Part shown: positions 18,657-27,325 of the stretch, piece after piece
Layout: the number at the start of each line of letters is the position of its first letter
Numbering within the stretch: position 1 is the first letter of the stretch
DNA from: Acidimicrobiales bacterium
Lineage (GTDB): Bacteria; Actinomycetota; Acidimicrobiia; Acidimicrobiales; WLNW01
DNA: 64,000 bases
Direction: 5' to 3'
Assembly (NCBI GenBank): GCA_039934635.1
Contig: JBDTLT010000001.1
Location: 66,315-130,314, forward strand
Translations under genes and position numbers: made by a program
The notes under the pieces: generated by a model
Seen by the model: the letters and a program-made list of their open reading frames with translations, nothing else
Databases searched by the model: none
What the model was told of the DNA's origin: nothing

Positions 18657-19421
18657 ATGGGTTTGCTCGACGGAAAGGTGGCGTTGGTGACGGGCGGGGC
18701 CCGTGGGCTCGGTGAAGCGATCGCGCGCCGCATGGTTGCCGAAGGAGCGACGGTGATCGCCGCCGATCGTCGCGTCGAAGACGGCGCCAAGGTCGCCGAT
18801 GAAATCGGTGCCAGCTTCCGCGAGCTCGACGTCACCGACGCCAACGCCTGGCAAACGTGCGTCGCCGAGATCGTTGCGCTGCATCATCGGCTCGACGTGT
18901 TGGTCAACAACGCCGGCATCATCCGGGTCAAGCCGATACGTGAATGCACACCCGAAGAGTTTCGTCAGGTGCTCGACACCAACCTTGCCGGCACGTTCCT
19001 CGGCATCAAGAGCGTCGCGGAGCAGATGATCGCGCAGGGCGGGGGAGCGATCGTCAACATGTCGTCGCCGGGCGGGTTCGAAGGCACCTACGGAATGCCG
19101 GCCTACACCGCTTCCAAGTGGGGCATCCGGGGTCTCACCAAGACCGCTGCCGTCGAATTGGGGCAATTCGGCATACGGGTCAACGCAGTGATCCCCGGCC
19201 CCATGCCCACTGCGATGACGCGCCGGCCGGGTTGGGTCGATGCCGATTACGAACGGTTCTACGGTGCGAGCGTGCCGCTGGCGCGCATGGCTCGGGTCGA
19301 CGAGGTCGCGAACCTCGCCGTGTGGCTCGCCAGCGACCAGGCGTCGTACTGCACCGGTGGTGACTACGCTGCCGACGGAGGGGTCACGGCCGGCAAACCA
19401 CCGGCCCGTCCAGCGTCATGA
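18657..19421 (+). CDS. Short-chain dehydrogenase/reductase (SDR)
   Basis: ATG at 18657 in frame in track ORF 18213..19421, preceded by GGAGGA at 18644-18649. GKVALVTGGARGLGEAIARRMVAEGATVIAADRR and YTASKWG. Confidence 0.9.
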   Translation: MGLLDGKVALVTGGARGLGEAIARRMVAEGATVIAADRRVEDGAKVADEIGASFRELDVTDANAWQTCVAEIVALHHRLDVLVNNAGIIRVKPIRECTPEEFRQVLDTNLAGTFLGIKSVAEQMIAQGGGAIVNMSSPGGFEGTYGMPAYTASKWGIRGLTKTAAVELGQFGIRVNAVIPGPMPTAMTRRPGWVDADYERFYGASVPLARMARVDEVANLAVWLASDQASYCTGGDYAADGGVTAGKPPARPAS

Positions 19422-19433
19422 TCGAGCGGTCCG

Positions 19434-20213
19434 ATGATTGAGCTGAGCGCACCACCCGAACCGCGCGATCTGTTGCGCGGCCGCGTCGCCGTCGTCACGG
19501 CCGCCGCGGGCACGGGCATCGGCTTCGCGACCGCGCGACGACTGGCGCTCGAGGGCGCGTCGGTGATGATCAGCGATCGCCACGAGGTGCGCTTGGCTGC
19601 TTCGCTCGCCGCGCTGCGCGCCGAAGTGACGACACCGGTCATGGCGATGCCCTGCGACGTGACCGACGGCGATCAAATCGAGCGGCTCTACGACGCCACC
19701 GAAGCCGAGCTCGGCCCTATCGATGTCGCGTTCAACAACGCCGGCCTCGGCGGTCGTTCGGCGCTGGTCGACATGACCGATGAGTCGTGGTTCCACGTCC
19801 TCGACGTCACGCTCAACTCGGCATTTCGCTGCACCCGCTCGTTGATGCGCCGGATGATCCCGCGCGGTTCGGGCACCATCATCAACATCGCGTCGGTGAC
19901 GGCGTGGCGGGCCGAGGCCGAGCAATCGCACTACGGCGCGGCCAAGGCTGCGGTCGCCGCGCTGACGCGGTGCGCCGCGATGGAGGCCGCACCGTTCGGT
20001 ATCCGCATCAACGCGGTTGCGCCGACGATCACGCTGCACGAGAACCTCGCCCGCGCCATCGGCCAAGACCTGGTGCAGTGGTGGGGTGACCGGCAAGCGC
20101 AGGGCCGTGTCGCCGAGACCGCGGAGATCGCGGCGGTGATCGCCTGGCTCGCCAGTGACTACGCCTCGTATCTCACCGGCGAAGTCGTCTCTGTCTCCTC
20201 CCAACGCCCCTGA
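19434..20213 (+). CDS. Short-chain dehydrogenase/reductase (SDR)
   Basis: 259 aa. GRVAVVTAAAGTGIGFATARRLALEGASVMISD (atypical TAAAGTGIG glycine motif) and YGAAKAA catalytic motif. Confidence 0.85.
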   Translation: MIELSAPPEPRDLLRGRVAVVTAAAGTGIGFATARRLALEGASVMISDRHEVRLAASLAALRAEVTTPVMAMPCDVTDGDQIERLYDATEAELGPIDVAFNNAGLGGRSALVDMTDESWFHVLDVTLNSAFRCTRSLMRRMIPRGSGTIINIASVTAWRAEAEQSHYGAAKAAVAALTRCAAMEAAPFGIRINAVAPTITLHENLARAIGQDLVQWWGDRQAQGRVAETAEIAAVIAWLASDYASYLTGEVVSVSSQRP

Positions 20214-20218
20214 AATCC

Positions 20219-20273
20219 CCCGTTCTGGCTGTCAAACGTCGCGATATTTGCGACGTTTGACAGCGAGAACGGG
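20219..20273. terminator. Long imperfect palindrome/hairpin (24-bp stem, 1 mismatch, ~7-nt loop) between convergent genes
   Basis: CCCGTTCTGGCTGTCAAACGTCGC-gatattt-GCGACGTTTGACAGCGAGAACGGG. It starts 6 nt after the stop at 20213 and ends 12 nt before the stop of the minus gene at 20286. There is no clear U-tract on the plus strand. The stem is longer than a typical intrinsic terminator. Confidence 0.55.
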
Positions 20274-20285
20274 AAGGAAGCGGGG

Positions 20286-21443
20286 TCAGAGGGAGGCGAA
20301 GGCGGCGTGGACGAGGGAGACGCTGCGGGTGTCGGGTGGGGCGTCCGGTGACGCGACCCGCATGCGGTTCATGACGTAGGCGACGGAGAGTCGTGCTTCG
20401 GGATCGCACATGGCGACGGATCCGCCGTGGCCGGTGTGGCCGAACGCCCGGGGGTTGGGTCCGTAGATCACGTTCATGATGTTGGGCATGAAGCCGAGGT
20501 TCCACCGAAACGCGATGCCGCCCATTGCGAGGCCGATGAACAGGTCGACGCCTTCGGGCTGCGGCTCGCGCATGCGCTCGATCGATTCGGCGCCGACGAT
20601 GCGCACGCCATCGATCTGCCCCCCGTTGGCGAGTGCGCCATACACGCGCGCAAGTGCTCGCGCCGTGCCGTGACCGTTGGCGGCGGGGATCTCGGCACTG
20701 CGCCAGCGCGCCGAGTTGACCTCGCCGTCGGGCAAACGGGGGTTGTGCATGTGTTGCACAGACGGATGCGCGCCGGCAGGGATCGACGGCCGCGCGCCAC
20801 CCGGGGGGACGATCAAGTCGGCGACGCGATGGTGCTCGGACGCGGGCAGGCCGATGAAGAAGTCGAGACCCAACGGTTCGGCGATCTCTTGGCGAAAGAA
20901 GGTGCCGACCGAGCGGCCGGTGATGCGACGGATCACTTCACCGACGAGGAAGCCGAAGGTGATCGAGTGATAGCCCGACTCGGTGCCGGGCTCCCACCAC
21001 GGCTCGCTGCGCGCCAACGCGGCGCACATGCGATCCCAGTCGTAGAGCGCTTCGACCGGCAGCGGCTCTCGTATCGCGCTGAGACCGGCGCGGTGGCTGA
21101 GCAGCCAGCGCACGGGAATGTTCGCTTTGCCGGCCTGTGCGAACTCGGGCCAATAGCGAGCGACCGGCGCGTCGACGTCGAGCTCACCGCGTTCGACCAA
21201 CAAGTGCGCGCTGAGCGCGGTCATCCCCTTGGTCGTCGAGAAGACGTTGACGATGGTGTCCTCTTGCCACGCACCGGGGCGAGCACCCTGGATCTCGCCC
21301 GCCCACAGGTCGACGACGCTCTCGCCGCGGTGCGTCACCGCGACCGCAGCACCGACATCGCCGTTGTCGGTGAAGTTCCGCACAAAAGCCTCGCGCACCT
21401 TCTCGAAACGCGGATCGCAGGTACCGGCAACATCGACGGGCAT
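20286..21443 (-). CDS. Beta-lactamase-related serine hydrolase (class C / EstB-like esterase family)
   Basis: Track ORF 20286..21497. I prefer ATG 21443 (MPVDVAGTCDPRFEKVREAF is a typical family N-terminus). GTG 21497 is an alternative, with GGAG 5 nt upstream. SxxK nucleophile motif FSTTKGMTA. Confidence 0.8.
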   Translation of the reverse strand: MPVDVAGTCDPRFEKVREAFVRNFTDNGDVGAAVAVTHRGESVVDLWAGEIQGARPGAWQEDTIVNVFSTTKGMTALSAHLLVERGELDVDAPVARYWPEFAQAGKANIPVRWLLSHRAGLSAIREPLPVEALYDWDRMCAALARSEPWWEPGTESGYHSITFGFLVGEVIRRITGRSVGTFFRQEIAEPLGLDFFIGLPASEHHRVADLIVPPGGARPSIPAGAHPSVQHMHNPRLPDGEVNSARWRSAEIPAANGHGTARALARVYGALANGGQIDGVRIVGAESIERMREPQPEGVDLFIGLAMGGIAFRWNLGFMPNIMNVIYGPNPRAFGHTGHGGSVAMCDPEARLSVAYVMNRMRVASPDAPPDTRSVSLVHAAFASL

Positions 21444-21467
21444 CGCGGAACGGTATCGCGACTCGCC

Positions 21468-21533
21468 CTCCGCTCTGCCGGGGGCCGCTCGGGCCACTGC
21501 AACTCCGCTCTGCCGGGGGCCGCTCGGGCCACT
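21468..21533. repeat. Perfect 31-bp direct tandem repeat (period 35 bp) in a divergent intergenic region
   Basis: CTCCGCTCTGCCGGGGGCCGCTCGGGCCACT occurs at 21468-21498 and again at 21503-21533, separated by GCAA. It lies between the serine hydrolase start and the lactonase start (21545). Confidence 0.9.
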
Positions 21534-21544
21534 AGTTTCGCGCC

Positions 21545-22405
21545 GTGCAGATTGACACCCTCATTGACGGATTGGTATTTCCCGAAGGCCCCCGCTGGCG
21601 CGACGGCACCTTGTGGTTCTCCGACATCTGGGACGACCGCGTCGCCCGCGTATCGATCGACGGAACCTGCGTCACGGTGACCCGGCTCGAACAACCGTCG
21701 GGCCTCGGCTGGTTGCCCGACGGCCGCCTGCTCGTCGTGGCGATGGGGGCGCGGCAACTGATGCGCCTCGAGCCCAGCGGCGAGCTCGTTGTGCACGCCG
21801 ACCTGACGCCGTTCGCCGACTGGCCCTGCAACGACATGGTGGTCGCCGCGGACGGCACGGCCTATGTCGGCCACTTCGGGTGGGATCGCCAACACGGTTC
21901 GACCGAGCCGAGAGCGGCCAGCGTGCTGCGGGTTCAGCCCGACGGCGCAGTCGATGTGGCGGCCGACGACATGTTGTTCCCCAACGGCATGGCGATCACG
22001 CCCGATGGAGCGACGTTGATCGTCGCCGAGTCCTCGGGCTCGCGGGTCACCGCGTTCGATCGCGCCGCGGACGGTTCTCTGAGCAACCGGCGCAGCTTTG
22101 CCGACTTCTCCGAGCGCGATCGCCGCGATGGGCACGAACCGGTGCGACCCGACGGCATCTGCCTCGATGTCGACGGTGCGCTGTGGTTGCCCGACCCGGC
22201 GGGGCGCCGTGTGATGCGCGTGCTCGACGGGGGCACCGTCACCGAAACGCACGCCATCGCGGGCGAGGCACCATTGGCGTGCGCGGTGGGTGGCATCGAC
22301 GGCCGCACGCTGTTCGTCACGTTTGCGTCGATCTTCGAACAAGACAAGGCCGCCGCGGCCCGCAGCGGGCGTATCGGCACCGCGGTTCTTCCGCCGTTGA
22401 ACTGA
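21545..22405 (+). CDS. SMP-30/gluconolactonase/LRE-like beta-propeller protein
   Basis: 286 aa with GTG start. LVFPEGPRWRDGTLWFSDI, LPDGRLLV, NDMVVAADGTAYVG, FPNGMAITPDGATLIVAES and PDGICLDVDGALW form the repeated propeller pattern of this family. Confidence 0.8.
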   Translation: MQIDTLIDGLVFPEGPRWRDGTLWFSDIWDDRVARVSIDGTCVTVTRLEQPSGLGWLPDGRLLVVAMGARQLMRLEPSGELVVHADLTPFADWPCNDMVVAADGTAYVGHFGWDRQHGSTEPRAASVLRVQPDGAVDVAADDMLFPNGMAITPDGATLIVAESSGSRVTAFDRAADGSLSNRRSFADFSERDRRDGHEPVRPDGICLDVDGALWLPDPAGRRVMRVLDGGTVTETHAIAGEAPLACAVGGIDGRTLFVTFASIFEQDKAAAARSGRIGTAVLPPLN

Positions 22406-22415
22406 GGAGCGAACG

Positions 22416-23351
22416 ATGCCCATCGACCCCGCAGCCCACGCGCTGATCCAGGCCATGGACGGGAGCTTTCCCAAGTTGCACGAGATGCCATCCGGCACCG
22501 AGGCACGGCGGCGCATCGTCGAAGCCATGCATGATGTCGAACCCGACCGTGAACCGCTGCACCACGTCGAAGACCGCCAGATTGCGGTCGAAGACGGCGA
22601 GATCGCAGTACGCATCTACCGGCCCAGCGACGCGCCCGATCTGCCGATCGTCGTCTTCTTCCACGGTGGCGGATGGGTGCTCTGCGATCTCGAGTCGCAC
22701 GACGCAATGGCACGCCGTATGGCGAACACCAGCGGATGCATCGTCGTGGCTACCGACTACCGCCTCGCGCCCGAGCATCGCTATCCCACCGCGGCCGACG
22801 ACTGCTATGCGGCGCTGTGCTGGGCCCACGACAACGGGGCGACGTTCGGAGGCGATCCGTCGCGCCTCGCCATCTTCGGCGACAGTGCCGGAGGCAACCT
22901 CGCCGCGGTCGTGGCGCAGATGGCACGCGACAAGGGCACGCCACATTTGCGATTGCAAATACTGGCGTATCCGGTAATCGACGCGCGGTGCGACTCGACC
23001 TCACAGCGCACGATCGGCCGCGACTACATGTTGTGGACCGAAGAAGTGCAGTGGTGTTGGCAGCAGTATCTGTCGGCGCCGGCCGATGGAGAACAACCGT
23101 ATGCGTCGCCGATCCGGGCGGCGACTCTGGCGGGCCTGGCGCCGGCACTCGTGATCACCCCCGAGTTCGACCCATTGCGCGACGAGGGCGAGGACTACGC
23201 GCGAGCGCTCGAGGCGGCGGGTGTACCGACCGAGCACACCCGCTACGACGGCATGTTCCACAGCTTCCTCACCTTCACCAACGTGTTGCCCGCGGCTGAT
23301 CGCGCGCACGAACAGATAGCAGACGCACTTCGGAGGGCTTTCAAAAGTTAA
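22416..23351 (+). CDS. Alpha/beta hydrolase, hormone-sensitive-lipase (Aes/family IV esterase) type
   Basis: 311 aa. Oxyanion motif VVFFHGGGWVLCD, nucleophile elbow FGDSAGGNLA, and C-terminal DPLRDEG...YDGMFHSF. Confidence 0.9.
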   Translation: MPIDPAAHALIQAMDGSFPKLHEMPSGTEARRRIVEAMHDVEPDREPLHHVEDRQIAVEDGEIAVRIYRPSDAPDLPIVVFFHGGGWVLCDLESHDAMARRMANTSGCIVVATDYRLAPEHRYPTAADDCYAALCWAHDNGATFGGDPSRLAIFGDSAGGNLAAVVAQMARDKGTPHLRLQILAYPVIDARCDSTSQRTIGRDYMLWTEEVQWCWQQYLSAPADGEQPYASPIRAATLAGLAPALVITPEFDPLRDEGEDYARALEAAGVPTEHTRYDGMFHSFLTFTNVLPAADRAHEQIADALRRAFKS

Positions 23352-23369
23352 GAGCGCTACTGTGCCGTC

Positions 23370-24611
23370 ATGAGCGACGACGCCATGATTCAGGGTCGCA
23401 TCACCGACGAGTCGGTCGAGATGATGCGCAAGCGCATCGGGTATCCGAACCCGACGGTGCGGTCGGGCATTGTCACGTTGCCGTGGAACACGGCGTGTAC
23501 GGCCGACGGCATCCGCCACTTTGTCGAGGGTTATGGCGATGCGAATCCGCTCTACTCCGACCCGCGCTACGGGCCGACGACGCGTTGGGGCTCGCAGATC
23601 GCTCCGCCGGGCTTCGAAGCGACGATGGGCTATGACCGTTCGCCGGTCGTGCCCGATGATCTCGCAAAGGCGACGCGTGGCGCGCTACGCGGTGTGCAAC
23701 TGTTCCACTCGGGCAACGACTCGCGGTTCTATCGTCCAGTGGTGCCGGGCGATGTGCTCGACAAGACACAGGTAGTCGCCGAGGTCGAGGACAAGCCGTC
23801 GGAGTTCGCCGGGCGCAGCGTGATCGTGACCAACAAGTTGACGTGGGCCAATCAGCGCGGCGAAGTCGTCAGCGATCAACGCAAGTGGTTCGTGCATGCC
23901 GAGCGGCGCAGCGTCAAAGACCGCGCCGCCGATGCGCCGCGTCCGCCCAAGGATCAACCCGCGTCCTATACCGACGAGCAGTTGGTCGAGATCGAGGCGG
24001 CGTATGACGCCGAGTACGTGCGTGGTGCCGACACGCTCTGGTACGAAGATGTCGAGATCGGCGCGTCATTGCCGACCATGGTCAAAGGCCCGCTCACGGT
24101 CACCGATCTGATCAACATGCACATGGGCGGCGGCTGGTTCGGGTACGGCAACCCGCCGCTGCGACTGGCCTACGAGAATCGTAAGAAGCTGCGGGGCTTC
24201 TACACCAAGAACGAGTTCGATGCGTGGGATGTCGTGCAACGCGTGCACTGGGAGCCAGAGTTGGCGCGCAAGGTCGGTGTGCCCGCGGCGTATGACATCG
24301 GCCCGATGCGGTGGGCATGGTTGCAGCACTACTGCACCAACTGGTGTGGTGACGACGCATGGCTGTTCCGCGTGCGCGGCGAGTTCCGCAAGTTCAACTA
24401 CATGGGCGACACCACGTGGATCACCGCGGTCGTCACCGACAAGCGCATCGACGGCGATCACGGCACCGTTGTCGACATCGAGGTCACCGGCACCAATCAG
24501 CGGGGTCAGCAGAACATCAATGGCTGGGCGACGTTCATCGTCGCATCGCACGAACACGGCCCGATGCGTCTCCCTGATCCGCCGTCGTTGCCTGCCGAAC
24601 TCGAGAAGTGA
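23370..24611 (+). CDS. Fused double hotdog-fold (FAS1-like/MaoC-like) acyl dehydratase/enoyl-CoA hydratase
   Basis: 413 aa. The N-terminal half (IRHFVEGYGDANPLYSD...) resembles MaoC_dehydrat_N. The C-terminal half (TVTDLINMHMGGGWFG...GDTTWITAVVTDKR) resembles a second hotdog domain. The stop lies 3 nt before the ACAD start. Confidence 0.6.
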   Translation: MSDDAMIQGRITDESVEMMRKRIGYPNPTVRSGIVTLPWNTACTADGIRHFVEGYGDANPLYSDPRYGPTTRWGSQIAPPGFEATMGYDRSPVVPDDLAKATRGALRGVQLFHSGNDSRFYRPVVPGDVLDKTQVVAEVEDKPSEFAGRSVIVTNKLTWANQRGEVVSDQRKWFVHAERRSVKDRAADAPRPPKDQPASYTDEQLVEIEAAYDAEYVRGADTLWYEDVEIGASLPTMVKGPLTVTDLINMHMGGGWFGYGNPPLRLAYENRKKLRGFYTKNEFDAWDVVQRVHWEPELARKVGVPAAYDIGPMRWAWLQHYCTNWCGDDAWLFRVRGEFRKFNYMGDTTWITAVVTDKRIDGDHGTVVDIEVTGTNQRGQQNINGWATFIVASHEHGPMRLPDPPSLPAELEK

Positions 24612-24614
24612 GCA

Positions 24615-25802
24615 ATGGACCTTCGCTCATCGGCGGCGGAGCGCGCGTTCAGGGAGCAAGTGCGTTCCTGGCTCGACGAGCACTGCGTCGGTGAGTTCGC
24701 GCGTTGGAAGGGCCGCGGCGGTATCGGACGCGAAGAGATTCCCGTCGAGGTGCAGATCGAATGGGAGCGTGAGCTGGCGCGCGGCGGATGGGTCGGCCTC
24801 GGCTACCCCGCGGATCTCGGCGGCCGTCCGGCCTCGTTGACCGAGCAGGTCGCATTCCACGAGGAGTACGTACGCTCAGAGGCGCCGGCGCGCCTGGGCA
24901 ACATCGGTGTCACGCTGCTCGGTCCGACGCTGCTGGCCTTCGCAACGGACGAACAACAGCGCCGCTTCGTCCCGCCGATCCTTCGTTGCGACGAGCTGTG
25001 GTGTCAGGGCTACTCAGAACCCGATGCAGGATCCGACCTCGCGTCGTTGCGCACGCGCGCGTGGCGCGACGGGGACGAGTGGGTCATCGAGGGTCAAAAG
25101 GTGTGGACCACGTTGGCGCATCTTGCACAGTGGTGCTTCGTGTTGTGTCGCACCGACCCCGCGTCGCAGCGTCACGATGGCTTGTCGTACTTGTTGGTAC
25201 CGATGGATCAGCCGGGCATCGAGGTGCGGCCGATCCGTCAGCCCACCGGCAGCAGCGAGTTCAGCGAGTTGTTCTTCCACGGAGCCCGCACGCGGGCCGA
25301 TCTCGTGGTCGGTGCGGTCGGATCGGGATGGCGTGTCGCGATGGGCACGCTGGGATTCGAACGCGGCGTGGGTTCATTGGGGCTGCAGCTGTCGTTCGTG
25401 CACGAACTCGAGAGCGTGATCGCGCTCGCCCGCAAGAACGGTGCGATCGACAATCCCGTGATTCGCGACGAGATCGCGCGCGCGTGGATCGGTCTGCAGA
25501 TCATGCGCGCATCCGCGCGGCGCTCGCTCGGCGCACAATCGGGCGCGGCGCCGTCGATCTCGAAGCTCTACTGGTCGACCTGGTATCAACGATTCGGTGA
25601 ACTGGCGATGCGGGTGCGCGGTGCCTCGGCGATGGTCGCCGAGACGAGTGTCGACGCCGCGCCGGCATTCGATGGATTACAGCAGCTGTTCTTGTTCGGG
25701 CGGGCTGTCACGATCTTCGCCGGGTCGACCGAGATCCAGCGCAACATCCTGGGTGAGTCGGTGCTTGGACTACCTCGCGAGCCAAGAGTGAAAGAGGCGT
25801 AA
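24615..25802 (+). CDS. Acyl-CoA dehydrogenase
   Basis: 395 aa. N-terminus MDLRSSAAERAFREQVRSWLDEH, middle WCQGYSEPDAGSDLASL, C-terminus FAGSTEIQRNILGESVLGLPRE. Close paralog of 47784..48932. Confidence 0.9.
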   Translation: MDLRSSAAERAFREQVRSWLDEHCVGEFARWKGRGGIGREEIPVEVQIEWERELARGGWVGLGYPADLGGRPASLTEQVAFHEEYVRSEAPARLGNIGVTLLGPTLLAFATDEQQRRFVPPILRCDELWCQGYSEPDAGSDLASLRTRAWRDGDEWVIEGQKVWTTLAHLAQWCFVLCRTDPASQRHDGLSYLLVPMDQPGIEVRPIRQPTGSSEFSELFFHGARTRADLVVGAVGSGWRVAMGTLGFERGVGSLGLQLSFVHELESVIALARKNGAIDNPVIRDEIARAWIGLQIMRASARRSLGAQSGAAPSISKLYWSTWYQRFGELAMRVRGASAMVAETSVDAAPAFDGLQQLFLFGRAVTIFAGSTEIQRNILGESVLGLPREPRVKEA

Positions 25803-25804
25803 CG

Positions 25805-26254
25805 ATGACGACGCGTCGCATAGTGACGATCGACGACGGGGGCGGGCGAGGTGTGGTCGAGTCCGACGGCGCGCCCGCCATGTTCGGGGGAGCGGACTCG
25901 CCTGAAGGCGTCGACATCGAGGTGGTGTGGGTCGTCACCGACGCGCCGCCCGATCTCGGCGCTGACGTCGACTACGACCATCCGGCGTGGACCCTCGGCC
26001 CGGTACCCACCGGCGGCGCCCGCTGGTCGATGTTGACGTTCTATCCGGGAGCGAAGGCGCGCGGCATGCATCGCACACACACGATCGATTTCGTCCAGGT
26101 GATCAGCGGCGAGATCCATCTCGTGTTGGGCGACACCGAAGAGCGCCTACTCGGCCCCGGGGACACGGTCGTGCAACGTGGCGCGACGCACGCGTGGGAG
26201 AATCGCAGCGACGAACCGTGCGTGATGTCTGCAATCATGATGACCGCACGATGA
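25805..26254 (+). CDS. Cupin domain protein
   Basis: 149 aa, starting 2 nt after the ACAD stop. MHRTHTIDFVQVISGEIHLVLGD...GDTVVQRGATHAWEN fits the two cupin motifs. Confidence 0.7.
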   Translation: MTTRRIVTIDDGGGRGVVESDGAPAMFGGADSPEGVDIEVVWVVTDAPPDLGADVDYDHPAWTLGPVPTGGARWSMLTFYPGAKARGMHRTHTIDFVQVISGEIHLVLGDTEERLLGPGDTVVQRGATHAWENRSDEPCVMSAIMMTAR

Positions 26255-26263
26255 GGGGTTGCG

Positions 26264-27325
26264 GTGCTGTTCGAAATCTCTGAGCTCGAATCGTTGGCGG
26301 CGGCGCGCCTCGATCAGATGGCCTATGACTACACGGCGGGCGGGGGCGACGAAGAGATCACCGTTGCCGCCAATCTGGGCGCGTGGCGGTCGCTGCGATT
26401 GCGCCCGCACGTGTTGCGCGACGTCTCCAAGGTGACGACCGCGACGACGCTGCTCGGCGCGCCGGTCAGCACGCCGATCGTGGTGTCACCGACGGCCATG
26501 CACCGCCTATTCTGCCCCGAGGGCGAGCTAGAGACCGCCCGTGCCGCCAAGGCCGCCGGCGCGCTCTACATCGTTTCGATTTCGGCGACGACGTCGATCG
26601 AGGACATCGCTGCCGCGGCGCCGGCGTCACCACGGTGGATGCAGATGTACATCCAACAAGATCGAGGTTTGACCCGCGACTTGTGTGCACGCGTCAAGGC
26701 GGCGGGCTTTGGCGCCGTTGTGCTGACCGTCGACAGCCCCGTGCTCGTGCACAACGCCCGCAATCGGCGCAACAACTTCAACGTGCCATCCGATTTCGTC
26801 TTGCCGAATCTCGTACCGCGCGTCGCCCCGGGTTCACTCGACATCTACTCGCTCGTCACGGGATTCGACGCGGCCGTCACGTTCGACGACATCGCACTGG
26901 TTTCCGAATGGGCCGGCGGTCTGCCGGTCGTCGTGAAAGGGGTGTTGCGGGGCGACGACGCGGCGCGCTGTGTCGATGCGGGAGCGGCGGCGATCTCGGT
27001 GTCCAACCACGGTGGCCGGCAACTCGACAACGTGATTCCGACGGCGCGTGCGCTGCCCGAGATCGTCGACGCGGTGGGCGACCGGGCCGAGGTCTATGTC
27101 GACGGCGGCATCCGCCGCGGCAACCATGCACTCATGGCGTTGGCGCTCGGTGCCCGGGCGGTATTCCTCGGGCGCTCGGTGGTGTGGTCGCTCGCCGTCG
27201 CGGGCGAAGCGGGCGCTCAGTTCCTGCTCGAAGAGCTCACCGACGAATTGCGCATCGCGATGGCGATGTGTGGGATCACGTCGCCCCTCGAAGCGACACG
27301 AGACCTCGTCGCCGAGATCAGCTGA
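26264..27325 (+). CDS. FMN-dependent alpha-hydroxy-acid oxidase/dehydrogenase (LldD/glycolate oxidase family)
   Basis: 353 aa. AYDYTAGGGDEEITV..N, RWMQMY, VLTVDSPV and the hallmark VSNHGGRQLD followed by VYVDGGIRRG. Confidence 0.9.
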   Translation: MLFEISELESLAAARLDQMAYDYTAGGGDEEITVAANLGAWRSLRLRPHVLRDVSKVTTATTLLGAPVSTPIVVSPTAMHRLFCPEGELETARAAKAAGALYIVSISATTSIEDIAAAAPASPRWMQMYIQQDRGLTRDLCARVKAAGFGAVVLTVDSPVLVHNARNRRNNFNVPSDFVLPNLVPRVAPGSLDIYSLVTGFDAAVTFDDIALVSEWAGGLPVVVKGVLRGDDAARCVDAGAAAISVSNHGGRQLDNVIPTARALPEIVDAVGDRAEVYVDGGIRRGNHALMALALGARAVFLGRSVVWSLAVAGEAGAQFLLEELTDELRIAMAMCGITSPLEATRDLVAEIS

